Notes under the pieces: model-generated
The model's input: the letters and a program-made list of their open reading frames with translations, nothing else
Told to the model about the DNA's origin: nothing
Databases searched by the model: none
DNA from: an uncultured Clostridia bacterium
GTDB taxonomy: Bacteria > Bacillota > Clostridia > Christensenellales > UBA1242
Length of the DNA: 64,000 nt
NCBI GenBank assembly: GCA_944349515.1
Contig: CALVNE010000004.1
Coordinates: forward strand, 2,166 to 66,165
Reading direction: 5' to 3'
Shown here: in pieces, positions 53,249 through 60,930 of the stretch
Layout: each line of letters opens with the position of its first letter
Position numbering within the stretch: position 1 is the first letter of the stretch
Translations under genes and position numbers: made by a program

Positions 53249-53464
53249 ATGAAATTTTTAACAATAAAAAAGGCACATTGTGCCATTCTTTTGGTTATTC
53301 TAGTTGCAATCTGTTTGATTGTCGGCGTTTGCTATGCGGCTAGGGCGACGAGTTCGCCGAAGGCACAATACACCATTGTGATTGACGCAGGGCATGGTGG
53401 AGTAGATGTCAAGTTAGGACAGTATATTTTAAATCCTAAAAGTCAATTCTTACATATTTTTTAG
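53249..53464 (+). pseudogene. 5' fragment of a cwlD-type N-acetylmuramoyl-L-alanine amidase gene
   Basis: The first 51 codons (MKFLTIKK...YTIVIDAGHGG) parallel the intact cwlD at 56261. Similarity ends at about 53401, and 20 unrelated codons follow before the stop. Confidence 0.7.
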
Positions 53465-53507
53465 GTATAAGAAAAAAGCATATCATTTGATATTCTTTAA
53501 TTAAGTT

Positions 53508-54539
53508 TTATTGTAGCCAATCTCTTTCGGTAGTTTCTTCCCATATATCTTTTAAAAGTTTACCATCAATTTTAGCATTGTTTATAAAATCTTCCTTTGT
53601 TTTGAATGTTTGCAAATGCCCACCATTAAAATCATTCATTTTAATGATTTCTTTGTTTTCATCGGATGTGAGAATTAGCTCGTAGTATATATTTTTGTAT
53701 TTAAATTGAACTTCGCTATACACATATAATGCTTCGATAAAATCTTCTAGGTCAGGTTCAAAAGGCTTATATTCACTGTATAATTTTTTCGCTTTGTTTA
53801 GTGAGATAAGATTTGGGTAGATAACTCTGTTTTTAAATTTATTTGCAAATTTATCAAATTTCCAACCGCAGTTTTCGCACTCGCCGTTTCCGAATTGGTC
53901 TTTTAGACATTTATTTCCGCAAACAGGGCACTTTATTTTGTATTTTCTTTTGAAAGTGCTATCTTTTCCGCAAATTAGGCAAGCGCCATTATAAGTATCA
54001 ACCGTTATATAGTGTCCGCAGTCGCATTTGTAATTTGCCATTGAAAAACTTTGAGATGGCTTTTCTGTTAGACTTTCTACTACATTAAAAATCTGTTCGA
54101 GATTATCAAAGTCCGCATAGATAATAAATTTTGTATCTTTTGATTTTTCGATGTTGTTTTTTGTTTCTTTTAAATCTTCAGAGTTATAAAGTTCTTGCTG
54201 ATAATTGTATCCATATATAAGATATTTGAGATTTGCAAAAACTTTCAAATTAAGCGATAAAAGTTCCCCTTTATTTGGGTAGAGTTTTATGTAACCAATA
54301 TAGTTTTTGTTCGTATAGACATCAAAAAAAGTTTCAGTTTTTATTCCTTTCTGTTTGAAGCGGATAATAGGAATCGGATATAATTCATTTGTAAATTGCC
54401 CACCTATTTTTATTCTATGCCCATAATGAAAATCTAACGCATGGTCGACACAATTTTTGCTAAGAAATTTTGACATTTTTTCCATTTTTTCAAATGCAGA
54501 TGCATAAATTTTGTTTAAATTTTTAACAGTTTTTCTCAT
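53508..54539 (-). CDS. hypothetical protein with central zinc ribbons including a CPCC-type Cys-rich domain
   Basis: 343 aa. Contains YKCDCGH...CLICG and KCPVCGNKCL...GECENCGWKFD...ISLNKAKKLY. The region is AT-rich. Confidence 0.6.
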   Translation of the reverse strand: MRKTVKNLNKIYASAFEKMEKMSKFLSKNCVDHALDFHYGHRIKIGGQFTNELYPIPIIRFKQKGIKTETFFDVYTNKNYIGYIKLYPNKGELLSLNLKVFANLKYLIYGYNYQQELYNSEDLKETKNNIEKSKDTKFIIYADFDNLEQIFNVVESLTEKPSQSFSMANYKCDCGHYITVDTYNGACLICGKDSTFKRKYKIKCPVCGNKCLKDQFGNGECENCGWKFDKFANKFKNRVIYPNLISLNKAKKLYSEYKPFEPDLEDFIEALYVYSEVQFKYKNIYYELILTSDENKEIIKMNDFNGGHLQTFKTKEDFINNAKIDGKLLKDIWEETTERDWLQ

Positions 54540-54546
54540 GTTTTTG

Positions 54547-54555
54547 ATTATATCA
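54547..54555 (-). promoter_or_regulatory. extended -10 (TGaTATAAT on the minus strand) 7 nt from the ATG at 54539 (leaderless candidate)
   Basis: The complement of 54547-54555 reads TGATATAAT, followed by CAAAAAC and the ATG. Confidence 0.4.
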
Positions 54556-54620
54556 TATTATTTTATTATTTAAAACAAATTTTCGCTCTAAATCATCTTT
54601 AAACCAAAACATTGTTTAAT

Positions 54621-54640
54621 ATGAAATTCTTAACAATAAA
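54621..54640 (+). repeat. isolated 20-nt copy of the cwlD start (ATGAAATTCTTAACAATAAA)
   Basis: Identical to 56261-56280 and 19/20 to 53249-53268. It is preceded by TTGTTTAAT, which also occurs upstream of copy 1. Confidence 0.75.
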
Positions 54641-54797
54641 TTAACTACGTCATTCTTTGAAATTTATGTCATATAAACTTGAATTTGCAAAAAATGTGAC
54701 TTAATATATTTCTATAAAAGTTTGTGAGAAGATTCTTTACAAACTTTTTTGTTAAAAGTCGAAAATTTTTATTAAAATAAGGAGAAAAGATGATATA

Positions 54798-55139
54798 ATG
54801 GAAAAAGGACCGAGTGAATACGCTGATAATTGGACATCACCTGAAAATGAAGTAGAACACTTTAAGCATGCAAAAGAATTTAATTTAAATCCATATGATT
54901 ATTCCGAAAGTGCGAAAAGATTTAAGGAAAATGAAGATGAAGATAATTTAATTTTTAAAACAGAGGATGGTACTACTTACAAATATAATGAAAAAACAAA
55001 AGAATTCATTATTATATCAAAAAACGGAAAAATTGTTACATACTTTAGAACGAGTTTAAGATATTTTTTGAAATTATTTAATGATTTAAATGGGAAATGG
55101 ATACAAGGAGGGAAATATGAGTTTATCCAACAAGAATAA
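54798..55139 (+). CDS. hypothetical small acidic protein
   Basis: 113 aa. AAGGAG lies upstream, and a 2-codon mini-ORF (ATG ATA TAA) overlaps the start. No family assigned. Confidence 0.5.
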   Translation: MEKGPSEYADNWTSPENEVEHFKHAKEFNLNPYDYSESAKRFKENEDEDNLIFKTEDGTTYKYNEKTKEFIIISKNGKIVTYFRTSLRYFLKLFNDLNGKWIQGGKYEFIQQE

Positions 55140-55443
55140 GAATCACCCGCATAAATGCAAAGTTTGTGGTTTGAGCGATATAGAGCATGCATTTGCAATA
55201 TGTAGAGTTTGTGGCTGGGAAGATGATATTATCCAAAACAATGATAAAGATTATATTGGTGGTGCGAACAATATGAGTTTCAATCAATATAAAAAATTTT
55301 GGAAAGAAAATAAAGAAGATATTTTGAAAAATCATAAGGACGACCTATTTTATGTTTATGAAAAAGCAGATAAATTTTACAAACAAAATTTCGAAGAAAG
55401 CAATTTGAAATATTTAAGCGAAATTGAGCCTGATTATGAATGA
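55117..55443 (+). CDS. CPCC-family cysteine-rich protein
   Basis: ATG at 55117 after GGAGGG. HKCKVCG...AICRVCGWEDDIIQNNDKDYIGGANNMSFNQYKKFW fits the CPCC Cys-rich domain pattern (CxxC...CxxCxWEDD...GGAN). Confidence 0.65.
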   Translation: MSLSNKNKNHPHKCKVCGLSDIEHAFAICRVCGWEDDIIQNNDKDYIGGANNMSFNQYKKFWKENKEDILKNHKDDLFYVYEKADKFYKQNFEESNLKYLSEIEPDYE

Positions 55444-56212
55444 ATTAAAACTTACAATGGAATTACTCCCAAAAGGCGCTTGGGGGAATGATTTAAGTAT
55501 AATATTGCCTAAAAAAGATTGGAATATATTAAGAGAGTTTGCTTTAAAAAGAGCAAATGGAAAATGTGAAGTATGTGGATATGAAAGCGACGACCTTGAT
55601 GTTCACGAAGAATGGGAATTTGATATTAAAAATAAAACTCAAACTTTAAAGGATATAATCGCAATTTGCAGTAGTTGTCATGGTGTAAAGCATTTCAGAA
55701 ATTCAAGACGAATAGGATTTGAAGAAGAAGCGAAAAAGCATTTTATGGAAGTTAATGATTGTAATGAATTTGAATTTGCTGCTCATTCAACTCAGGCAGA
55801 AATTTTATTCAATGAAAGAAATGAAATATATTTTTGGAAGATGAAATTAAATTTATTAAAGTTTGGTGGAGAAGAAATCTCCATTCCAGATATAACAAGG
55901 TTAAAAATTTTGAATCCATATAGTGAAAACGATTTAGAAGATTTGAAAAATAAAATTAACTTATTGCCTAGAATTTTAAATATAGAAGTAAATAATTATT
56001 CAGGAGACATAATTGTTAAAAGTGATATTTCTAATAAAATAGTTTGGTTTGTTGATAATAAAATAGCAAAAACTCAGTTTAATTTTGCACATATATTAAA
56101 ATCAGTTTTTTCTGTCGTTGGGTTAAAAGGTGAAAATGTGTATTTTAAACTATATGGGGATTATGGAGAAATAAATTCAAAAGTATTTAAGCTAGAAAAT
56201 TGGGGATATTAA
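55436..56212 (+). CDS. HNH-like (CxxC...H...CxxCH) zinc-finger nuclease-type protein
   Basis: ATG at 55436 overlaps the previous stop (TATGAATGA). Contains GKCEVCGYESDDLDVHEEWEF...ICSSCHGVKH. The C-terminal 130 aa are unassigned. Confidence 0.5.
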   Translation: MNELKLTMELLPKGAWGNDLSIILPKKDWNILREFALKRANGKCEVCGYESDDLDVHEEWEFDIKNKTQTLKDIIAICSSCHGVKHFRNSRRIGFEEEAKKHFMEVNDCNEFEFAAHSTQAEILFNERNEIYFWKMKLNLLKFGGEEISIPDITRLKILNPYSENDLEDLKNKINLLPRILNIEVNNYSGDIIVKSDISNKIVWFVDNKIAKTQFNFAHILKSVFSVVGLKGENVYFKLYGDYGEINSKVFKLENWGY

Positions 56213-56260
56213 TATCCTCTTTTTTGTTATAAAAAGTAAAGAATAAAAATATGTTATTAT

Positions 56261-56941
56261 ATGAAATTCTTAACAATAAAAAAGCGCACTATATTGTTTG
56301 TTTTGACTGCGGTTATTTTGCTCTTCTCGGTCATTGGAGCCTGCTTTGTCATCCAAGCATCTTCGCCAAAGGCATTATACACCATTGTGATTGACGCGGG
56401 GCATGGCGGGCGTGACGGCGGTGCAGTGGGCAGCACTGGGGTGACAGAGAGTGAACTAAATTTAGAGTTTAGTTTGGAATTGAAAGAATTGTGCGAGGAG
56501 TATGGTTTTAAAGTGGTGCTGACGCGCAAGGATATGAACGGGCTATATTCGCTTTTTGCCACCAACAAGAAGAAGAGCGAGATGAAAAAGCGCCAAGAGA
56601 TTATTGAAAAGGCAAAGCCAGACGTGGTGGTCAGCATACACATGAACAGTTTTTCGTCTTCATCCAGTGGGGCACAGTGCTTTTATGCGAGTGGTAATGA
56701 GGCTGGAGAAAAACTTGCAACAAGAGTGCAGCAGGCGTTGTCAACCGAGATTGAGCATACCGGCACAACTGCAAAGGTCGGCGATTTCTATGTGCTTAAT
56801 TGCACAGATTACGCCAGTGTTTTGGTGGAGTGCGGATTTCTTTCTAACCCAGAAGAAGAACAAAAACTTTGCGACGAAGAATATCAAACCAACTTTTGCC
56901 GAACGCTTTTATATGGCATATTGGATTATTTTGAGATGTGA
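56261..56941 (+). CDS. cwlD: N-acetylmuramoyl-L-alanine amidase, CwlD-like (germination-specific type)
   Basis: 226 aa with an N-terminal TM. Amidase_3 motifs are present: IDAGHGGRDGGAVG, SIHMNS and ECGFLSNPEE. Confidence 0.8.
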   Translation: MKFLTIKKRTILFVLTAVILLFSVIGACFVIQASSPKALYTIVIDAGHGGRDGGAVGSTGVTESELNLEFSLELKELCEEYGFKVVLTRKDMNGLYSLFATNKKKSEMKKRQEIIEKAKPDVVVSIHMNSFSSSSSGAQCFYASGNEAGEKLATRVQQALSTEIEHTGTTAKVGDFYVLNCTDYASVLVECGFLSNPEEEQKLCDEEYQTNFCRTLLYGILDYFEM

Positions 56942-57274
56942 ACATATATGTAAAACTAAATCTTTAAAGGTGGCATTAAAGATTTGGCCTATATAAATAC
57001 GAAATAGATTATAAATGTAAAATTTGGCGTGAGTCTGTTTTTATTTTTAATTATAAACATTAGTAAGACGCATTTTTGTTTTGAAGATAATTCCAACACA
57101 AAATTAAATTGAAATAAAAAACGCAAAAAAATCATCAAAAAATCAACAAAATTGCGTAAAAAATTGAATTTTTTATATATTTTTATGCTTTTTCCTTTGT
57201 TTTGATTAAATTTATCAACTTTTCACACGAAGTTTAAAACGCATAAAAAGAACGCTTTTGCTTAAATTAAATGC

Positions 57275-57634
57275 ATGACTAAGAAGGAAAAGTTGGTCAT
57301 GTCATATTTATGCGAGAGATGTCAAAAGAAGAAAACTTATCTTATCTCTCCGCAAGAAATTACTTCTGCACTGTCGAAGAAGTATGTTTTATCTATTGAT
57401 GAAATTGATGAGATTATGGTAGGGCTTTCCAATGCCAACTTCATAGATTTTGTAATCTCAGACGGTAAGAAGGGGTATATGTACTGTGTGACATTAAAAA
57501 AGTGCGGGCAGACTTATCTTTCCGATGTTAAAAATCAAAGAAAGACGCTGGGTATCTTGGTGCTACGCTCTATTTTTCTTGCCACTGTCAGTTTTATCTT
57601 TGGTATCATTTTAAAGGCGATTTTTAAATCGTGA
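57275..57634 (+). CDS. membrane-tethered winged-helix-like protein (paralogue of 34561-34929)
   Basis: 119 aa. Has a wHTH-like N-domain and a C-terminal TM (ILVLRSIFLATVSFIFGIILKAIF). TGcTTAAAT lies 7 nt before the ATG, with no SD. Confidence 0.55.
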   Translation: MTKKEKLVMSYLCERCQKKKTYLISPQEITSALSKKYVLSIDEIDEIMVGLSNANFIDFVISDGKKGYMYCVTLKKCGQTYLSDVKNQRKTLGILVLRSIFLATVSFIFGIILKAIFKS

Positions 57635-57729
57635 TTTGGCATTTTTTTTGCTTAAATACGGAAAAATTTAGCTGTTTTCTTTTAAAATTTAAGAGAAATA
57701 GCGAAAATTTAAAAAATTTAAAAATTTAC

Positions 57730-57758
57730 TTGACAAATCCCCCCCCCCGTTTTATAAT
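57730..57758 (+). promoter_or_regulatory. consensus promoter whose 17-nt spacer contains a C10 homopolymer (candidate phase-variable promoter)
   Basis: TTGACA at 57730-57735. The spacer is AAT-CCCCCCCCCC-GTTT, with the C tract at 57739-57748. TATAAT at 57753-57758. SD AAGGAGG and the ATG at 57789 lie downstream. Confidence 0.65.
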
Positions 57759-57788
57759 GGCGGTGAGAGTGAATTTAAGGAGGTTAAA

Positions 57789-58523
57789 ATGCAAAAAACA
57801 AAATCTAGAAAAATTTGGGCGGTGCTCGCTGTTTCTGTTATGCTTGTTGCATTCATGTTTTTAGCAACTGCCTGTGGTGGTTCAAAGACTGAAAGCGTTT
57901 CCACATATCAGGAACTCGTTGACGCACTTGCTGGAAACTGCGACATAGTTAAACTTGAAAACGACATCGTTGTTGAAGATGGCTTGGTTGTTACAAGAGA
58001 AGTTGTGCTTGACATGAATGGAAAAACTCTTTCTAACAATGAGGACATTTGGCATGAAGTACAGCCGGGAGAAGAGGGAGTTAGCACTCTTTCTATCATC
58101 GCTGTTGAAGAAGGTGGAGATTTGACCGTTAAAGGTAACGGAACAATTCGCGCAAAAGAGAATGACTGCTACGCGTTTGATGTTTCAGGTGGCGGACACC
58201 TTGTTATTGAAGACGGCACATATGTTGGAAATATAAGCGTTGTGTATGTGTTAGATGGTTCTGCTGAAATTGAAGGCGGAAGATATTCTATTCAACAACT
58301 CAATCCAACAAAAGACTATCAGTTCACATTAAATTTACAAGATGATTGTTACACCAATGGAACAGGAAGCATTGTTGTGACAGGCGGAACTTTTGAGAAT
58401 TTTGACCCATCAAAAAACGCCGCTGAAAGTGATGACCTTTCCACAAACTTTGTTAAAGAAGGATATATTTCAACTTTAACAATGGAAGGCGAGTTGACGA
58501 CATACGTTGTGACAGAGGTGTAA
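57789..58523 (+). CDS. surface lipoprotein with beta-helix-like domain
   Basis: The signal peptide ends in FLATAC. STYQELVDALAGNCDIVKLENDIVVE...LDMNGKTL resembles the module starters of the giant protein. 244 aa. Confidence 0.7.
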   Translation: MQKTKSRKIWAVLAVSVMLVAFMFLATACGGSKTESVSTYQELVDALAGNCDIVKLENDIVVEDGLVVTREVVLDMNGKTLSNNEDIWHEVQPGEEGVSTLSIIAVEEGGDLTVKGNGTIRAKENDCYAFDVSGGGHLVIEDGTYVGNISVVYVLDGSAEIEGGRYSIQQLNPTKDYQFTLNLQDDCYTNGTGSIVVTGGTFENFDPSKNAAESDDLSTNFVKEGYISTLTMEGELTTYVVTEV

Positions 58524-58547
58524 TTTAACTTTAGTATTTTTAAAAAG

Positions 58548-58580
58548 TTGTATGAGTTGCTCTCCTCATACAATTTTTTT
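58548..58580 (+). terminator. rho-independent terminator
   Basis: TTGTATGAG (58548-58556), 8-nt loop, CTCATACAA (58565-58573), then T7 (58574-58580). Confidence 0.7.
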
Positions 58581-58597
58581 ATTGCTATTAAAACTTT

Positions 58598-58626
58598 TTG
58601 TTGTTTATGATATTTTGTGATATAAT
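58598..58626 (+). promoter_or_regulatory. promoter with extended -10, 6 nt from the uvrB ATG (leaderless candidate)
   Basis: TTGTTG at 58598-58603, 17-nt spacer ending TGA, TATAAT at 58621-58626, ATG at 58633. Confidence 0.45.
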
Positions 58627-58632
58627 ATAAGT

Positions 58633-60618
58633 ATGAATAATGAAAGAAGTGAACATGATTTTGAACTTGTGAGTAAGTATAAACCTGCGGGTGACCAACC
58701 AAAGGCAATTGAAGAGTTGGTGGAAGGGTTAGAAGACGGGCTTAAAAGTCAAGTGCTTTTGGGTGTAACCGGCTCTGGTAAAACCTTCACTATGGCAAAC
58801 ATCATCGCAAAAGTCAACCGTCCGACGCTTGTGATTGCGCACAACAAGACGCTTGCGGCACAACTATGCAACGAGTTTCGTGAGTTTTTCCCAAACAACC
58901 GTGTGGAATATTTTGTTTCATATTACGACTATTATCAGCCGGAAGCCTACATCGTTTCGAGCAATACATACATCGAAAAAGATATGAGCGTCAATGACGA
59001 CATCGACAAACTTCGCTCTTCTGCGACTTCTTCGCTACTAGAGAGGCGAGATTGCATTGTTGTGGCGTCGGTTTCTTGCATTTACGGCTTGGGTATACCG
59101 GAAGAATATTTGAACCTTCACATTGCTTTGCGACCGGGTGACGAGTGCGATCGCGACAACCTCATCTCGCGACTTATCAATATTCAGTACACGCGCAACG
59201 ACATCGACTTCAAGCGCACGACCTTTCGTGTTAAGGGTGACACGGTGGATATCTTTCCGGCGAACCTTTCCGAGTCGGCGATTAAAGTGCGATTCTTTGG
59301 TGATGAGGTGGAGAAGATATATGAGTTTGAGCCTGTCAGCGGAAATTTGCTGCGCGAACTAAAATACGTGGCAATCTTCCCAGCGACGCACTATGCAGTT
59401 GGTAAAAACAGAATGGAAAACGCGCTTGTTGAAATCGAAAAGGATAGAGAAAAGGCGATTGAGGGCTTCACAAGGGAAGGCAAAGCGTTGGAGGCTGAGC
59501 GTATCGGACAGCGTGTAGCGTATGACCTTGAAATGATGCGCGAGGTGGGTTATTGCAGTGGCATCGAAAACTATTCGCGCTATTTTGATGGACGAAAACC
59601 AGGCGAGCCACCGTATACGCTTATCGACTATTTTCCGGATGACTTTTTAACAATCATTGACGAAAGCCACATGACCATTCCGCAGATACGCGCGATGTAT
59701 AACGGCGACCAAGCGCGAAAAAAATCGCTAGTCGATTATGGTTTTAGACTCGAGGCGGCGAAAGATAATAGACCGCTTAAATTCGACGAGTTTGAAAAAA
59801 GACTGAAACAGACAATCTTTGTTTCGGCAACGCCGGGGAAATACGAGCTTGAAAAGGCAGGGCAGGTTGTGGAGCAAGTCATCCGACCAACAGGCTTACT
59901 TGACCCGACCATTGAGGTGCGACCTATTAAAAATCAGGTGGACGAACTTATGGAAGAGTGCCGAAAGACGATTACACGCGGTGCGAGAGTTTTAGTTACC
60001 ACTTTAACTAAGAAAATGGCGGAAAGTTTGACAACATACTTAACCGACCACTCCTTTAAGGTGAAATATCTACACTCCGAAATCGACACCATGGAGCGTG
60101 TGGAAATAATAAACGGACTAAGGCAAGGCGAGTTTGATATACTTGTCGGCATCAATCTTTTGCGTGAAGGCTTGGATATGCCAGAGGTGGAACTTGTCTG
60201 CATTTTGGATGCGGATAAAGAGGGCTTCCTTAGAAGTGAAGGTGCGCTTATTCAAACGATTGGTAGGGTGGCGCGTAATGCTAATGGGCGTGTCATCATG
60301 TTTGCGGACACCATCACCGACAGTATGCGCCGGGCGATGGACGAAACTGCGCGCCGAAGAAAACTTCAAATGGAATATAACGAAAAGCATGGTATTGTGC
60401 CAAAGACGATTATCAAGGAAATTAAAAACACGCTTGAAATCGGCAAGAAAGTCACCGACCAGCACTTATCAAAACGCGACATACCGCTTGAAATTGACAG
60501 GCTAACATCGATGATGAAAATTGCCTCTTCTCAACTTGACTTTGAGCGCGCGATTGAATTAAGAAACAAAATTGTGCAACTTAAAAAGAGATTGAATAAG
60601 AAAGAAGAAATAGAGTGA
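58633..60618 (+). CDS. uvrB: excinuclease ABC subunit B
   Basis: 661 aa. Has [12 protein letters not shown], the DESH box, helicase motifs, and the C-terminal UVR domain ([13 protein letters not shown]). Confidence 0.95.
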   Translation: MNNERSEHDFELVSKYKPAGDQPKAIEELVEGLEDGLKSQVLLGVTGSGKTFTMANIIAKVNRPTLVIAHNKTLAAQLCNEFREFFPNNRVEYFVSYYDYYQPEAYIVSSNTYIEKDMSVNDDIDKLRSSATSSLLERRDCIVVASVSCIYGLGIPEEYLNLHIALRPGDECDRDNLISRLINIQYTRNDIDFKRTTFRVKGDTVDIFPANLSESAIKVRFFGDEVEKIYEFEPVSGNLLRELKYVAIFPATHYAVGKNRMENALVEIEKDREKAIEGFTREGKALEAERIGQRVAYDLEMMREVGYCSGIENYSRYFDGRKPGEPPYTLIDYFPDDFLTIIDESHMTIPQIRAMYNGDQARKKSLVDYGFRLEAAKDNRPLKFDEFEKRLKQTIFVSATPGKYELEKAGQVVEQVIRPTGLLDPTIEVRPIKNQVDELMEECRKTITRGARVLVTTLTKKMAESLTTYLTDHSFKVKYLHSEIDTMERVEIINGLRQGEFDILVGINLLREGLDMPEVELVCILDADKEGFLRSEGALIQTIGRVARNANGRVIMFADTITDSMRRAMDETARRRKLQMEYNEKHGIVPKTIIKEIKNTLEIGKKVTDQHLSKRDIPLEIDRLTSMMKIASSQLDFERAIELRNKIVQLKKRLNKKEEIE

Positions 60619-60892
60619 AAAAACAAAAAATATCAAAAAAATGCGCAAAAATTCAATTTTTTCTTAAAAAATATGCAAAATTTTCGTGTTTTTTCTAATT
60701 TTTAAGTTTTTTTAAACATTTTTTATGATTGAAAGTTTACTGATGTTGATAAAAAATTTTTAAATCTTTGTATATAATTGGTATTGTTATTAGTTGTTAT
60801 ATTTTGAAATTTTATGGCGCTGACTGGTGCTAGTTTGGTGGTGTTTGAAATTTTAAAATCTAATATCAATTTTAAAAATAGCGTGGCGAGAC

Positions 60893-60921
60893 TTGTTTTC
60901 TTGTTAGATTTGTGGTATAAT
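60893..60921 (+). promoter_or_regulatory. promoter with extended -10, 9 nt from the uvrA ATG (leaderless or near-leaderless candidate)
   Basis: TTGTTT at 60893-60898, 17-nt spacer ending TGG, TATAAT at 60916-60921, ATG at 60931. Confidence 0.4.
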
Positions 60922-60930
60922 AATTAGGCT

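Noticed and set aside
54798-55139. The 113-aa island protein as an orphan nuclease-toxin domain (HFKHAKEF...TYKYNEKTKEF...TYF pattern)
   Set aside because: The resemblance to C-terminal RNase toxin modules is only an impression from memory. I cannot name a family or catalytic residues.
41672-56280. Typing the fic module (41.7-43.6 kb) or the cwlD island (53.4-56.3 kb) as mobile elements
   Set aside because: No integrase, transposase, relaxase or terminal inverted repeats are visible. Only direct repeats and compositional contrast support mobility, so they are reported as repeats and findings rather than as mobile_element features.
56257-56643. 128-aa ORF antisense to cwlD
   Set aside because: It is a shadow of the Amidase_3 coding frame.
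57631-57864. 77-aa ORF spanning the C10 promoter
   Set aside because: It runs through the -35/-10 elements and the SD of the lipoprotein gene. Its proline run is merely the C tract translated.
58524-60930. SOS (LexA/DinR, GAAC-N4-GTTC) boxes upstream of uvrB and uvrA
   Set aside because: I scanned both upstream regions (58524-58632 and 60619-60930) by eye and found no GAAC-N4-GTTC-type palindrome.
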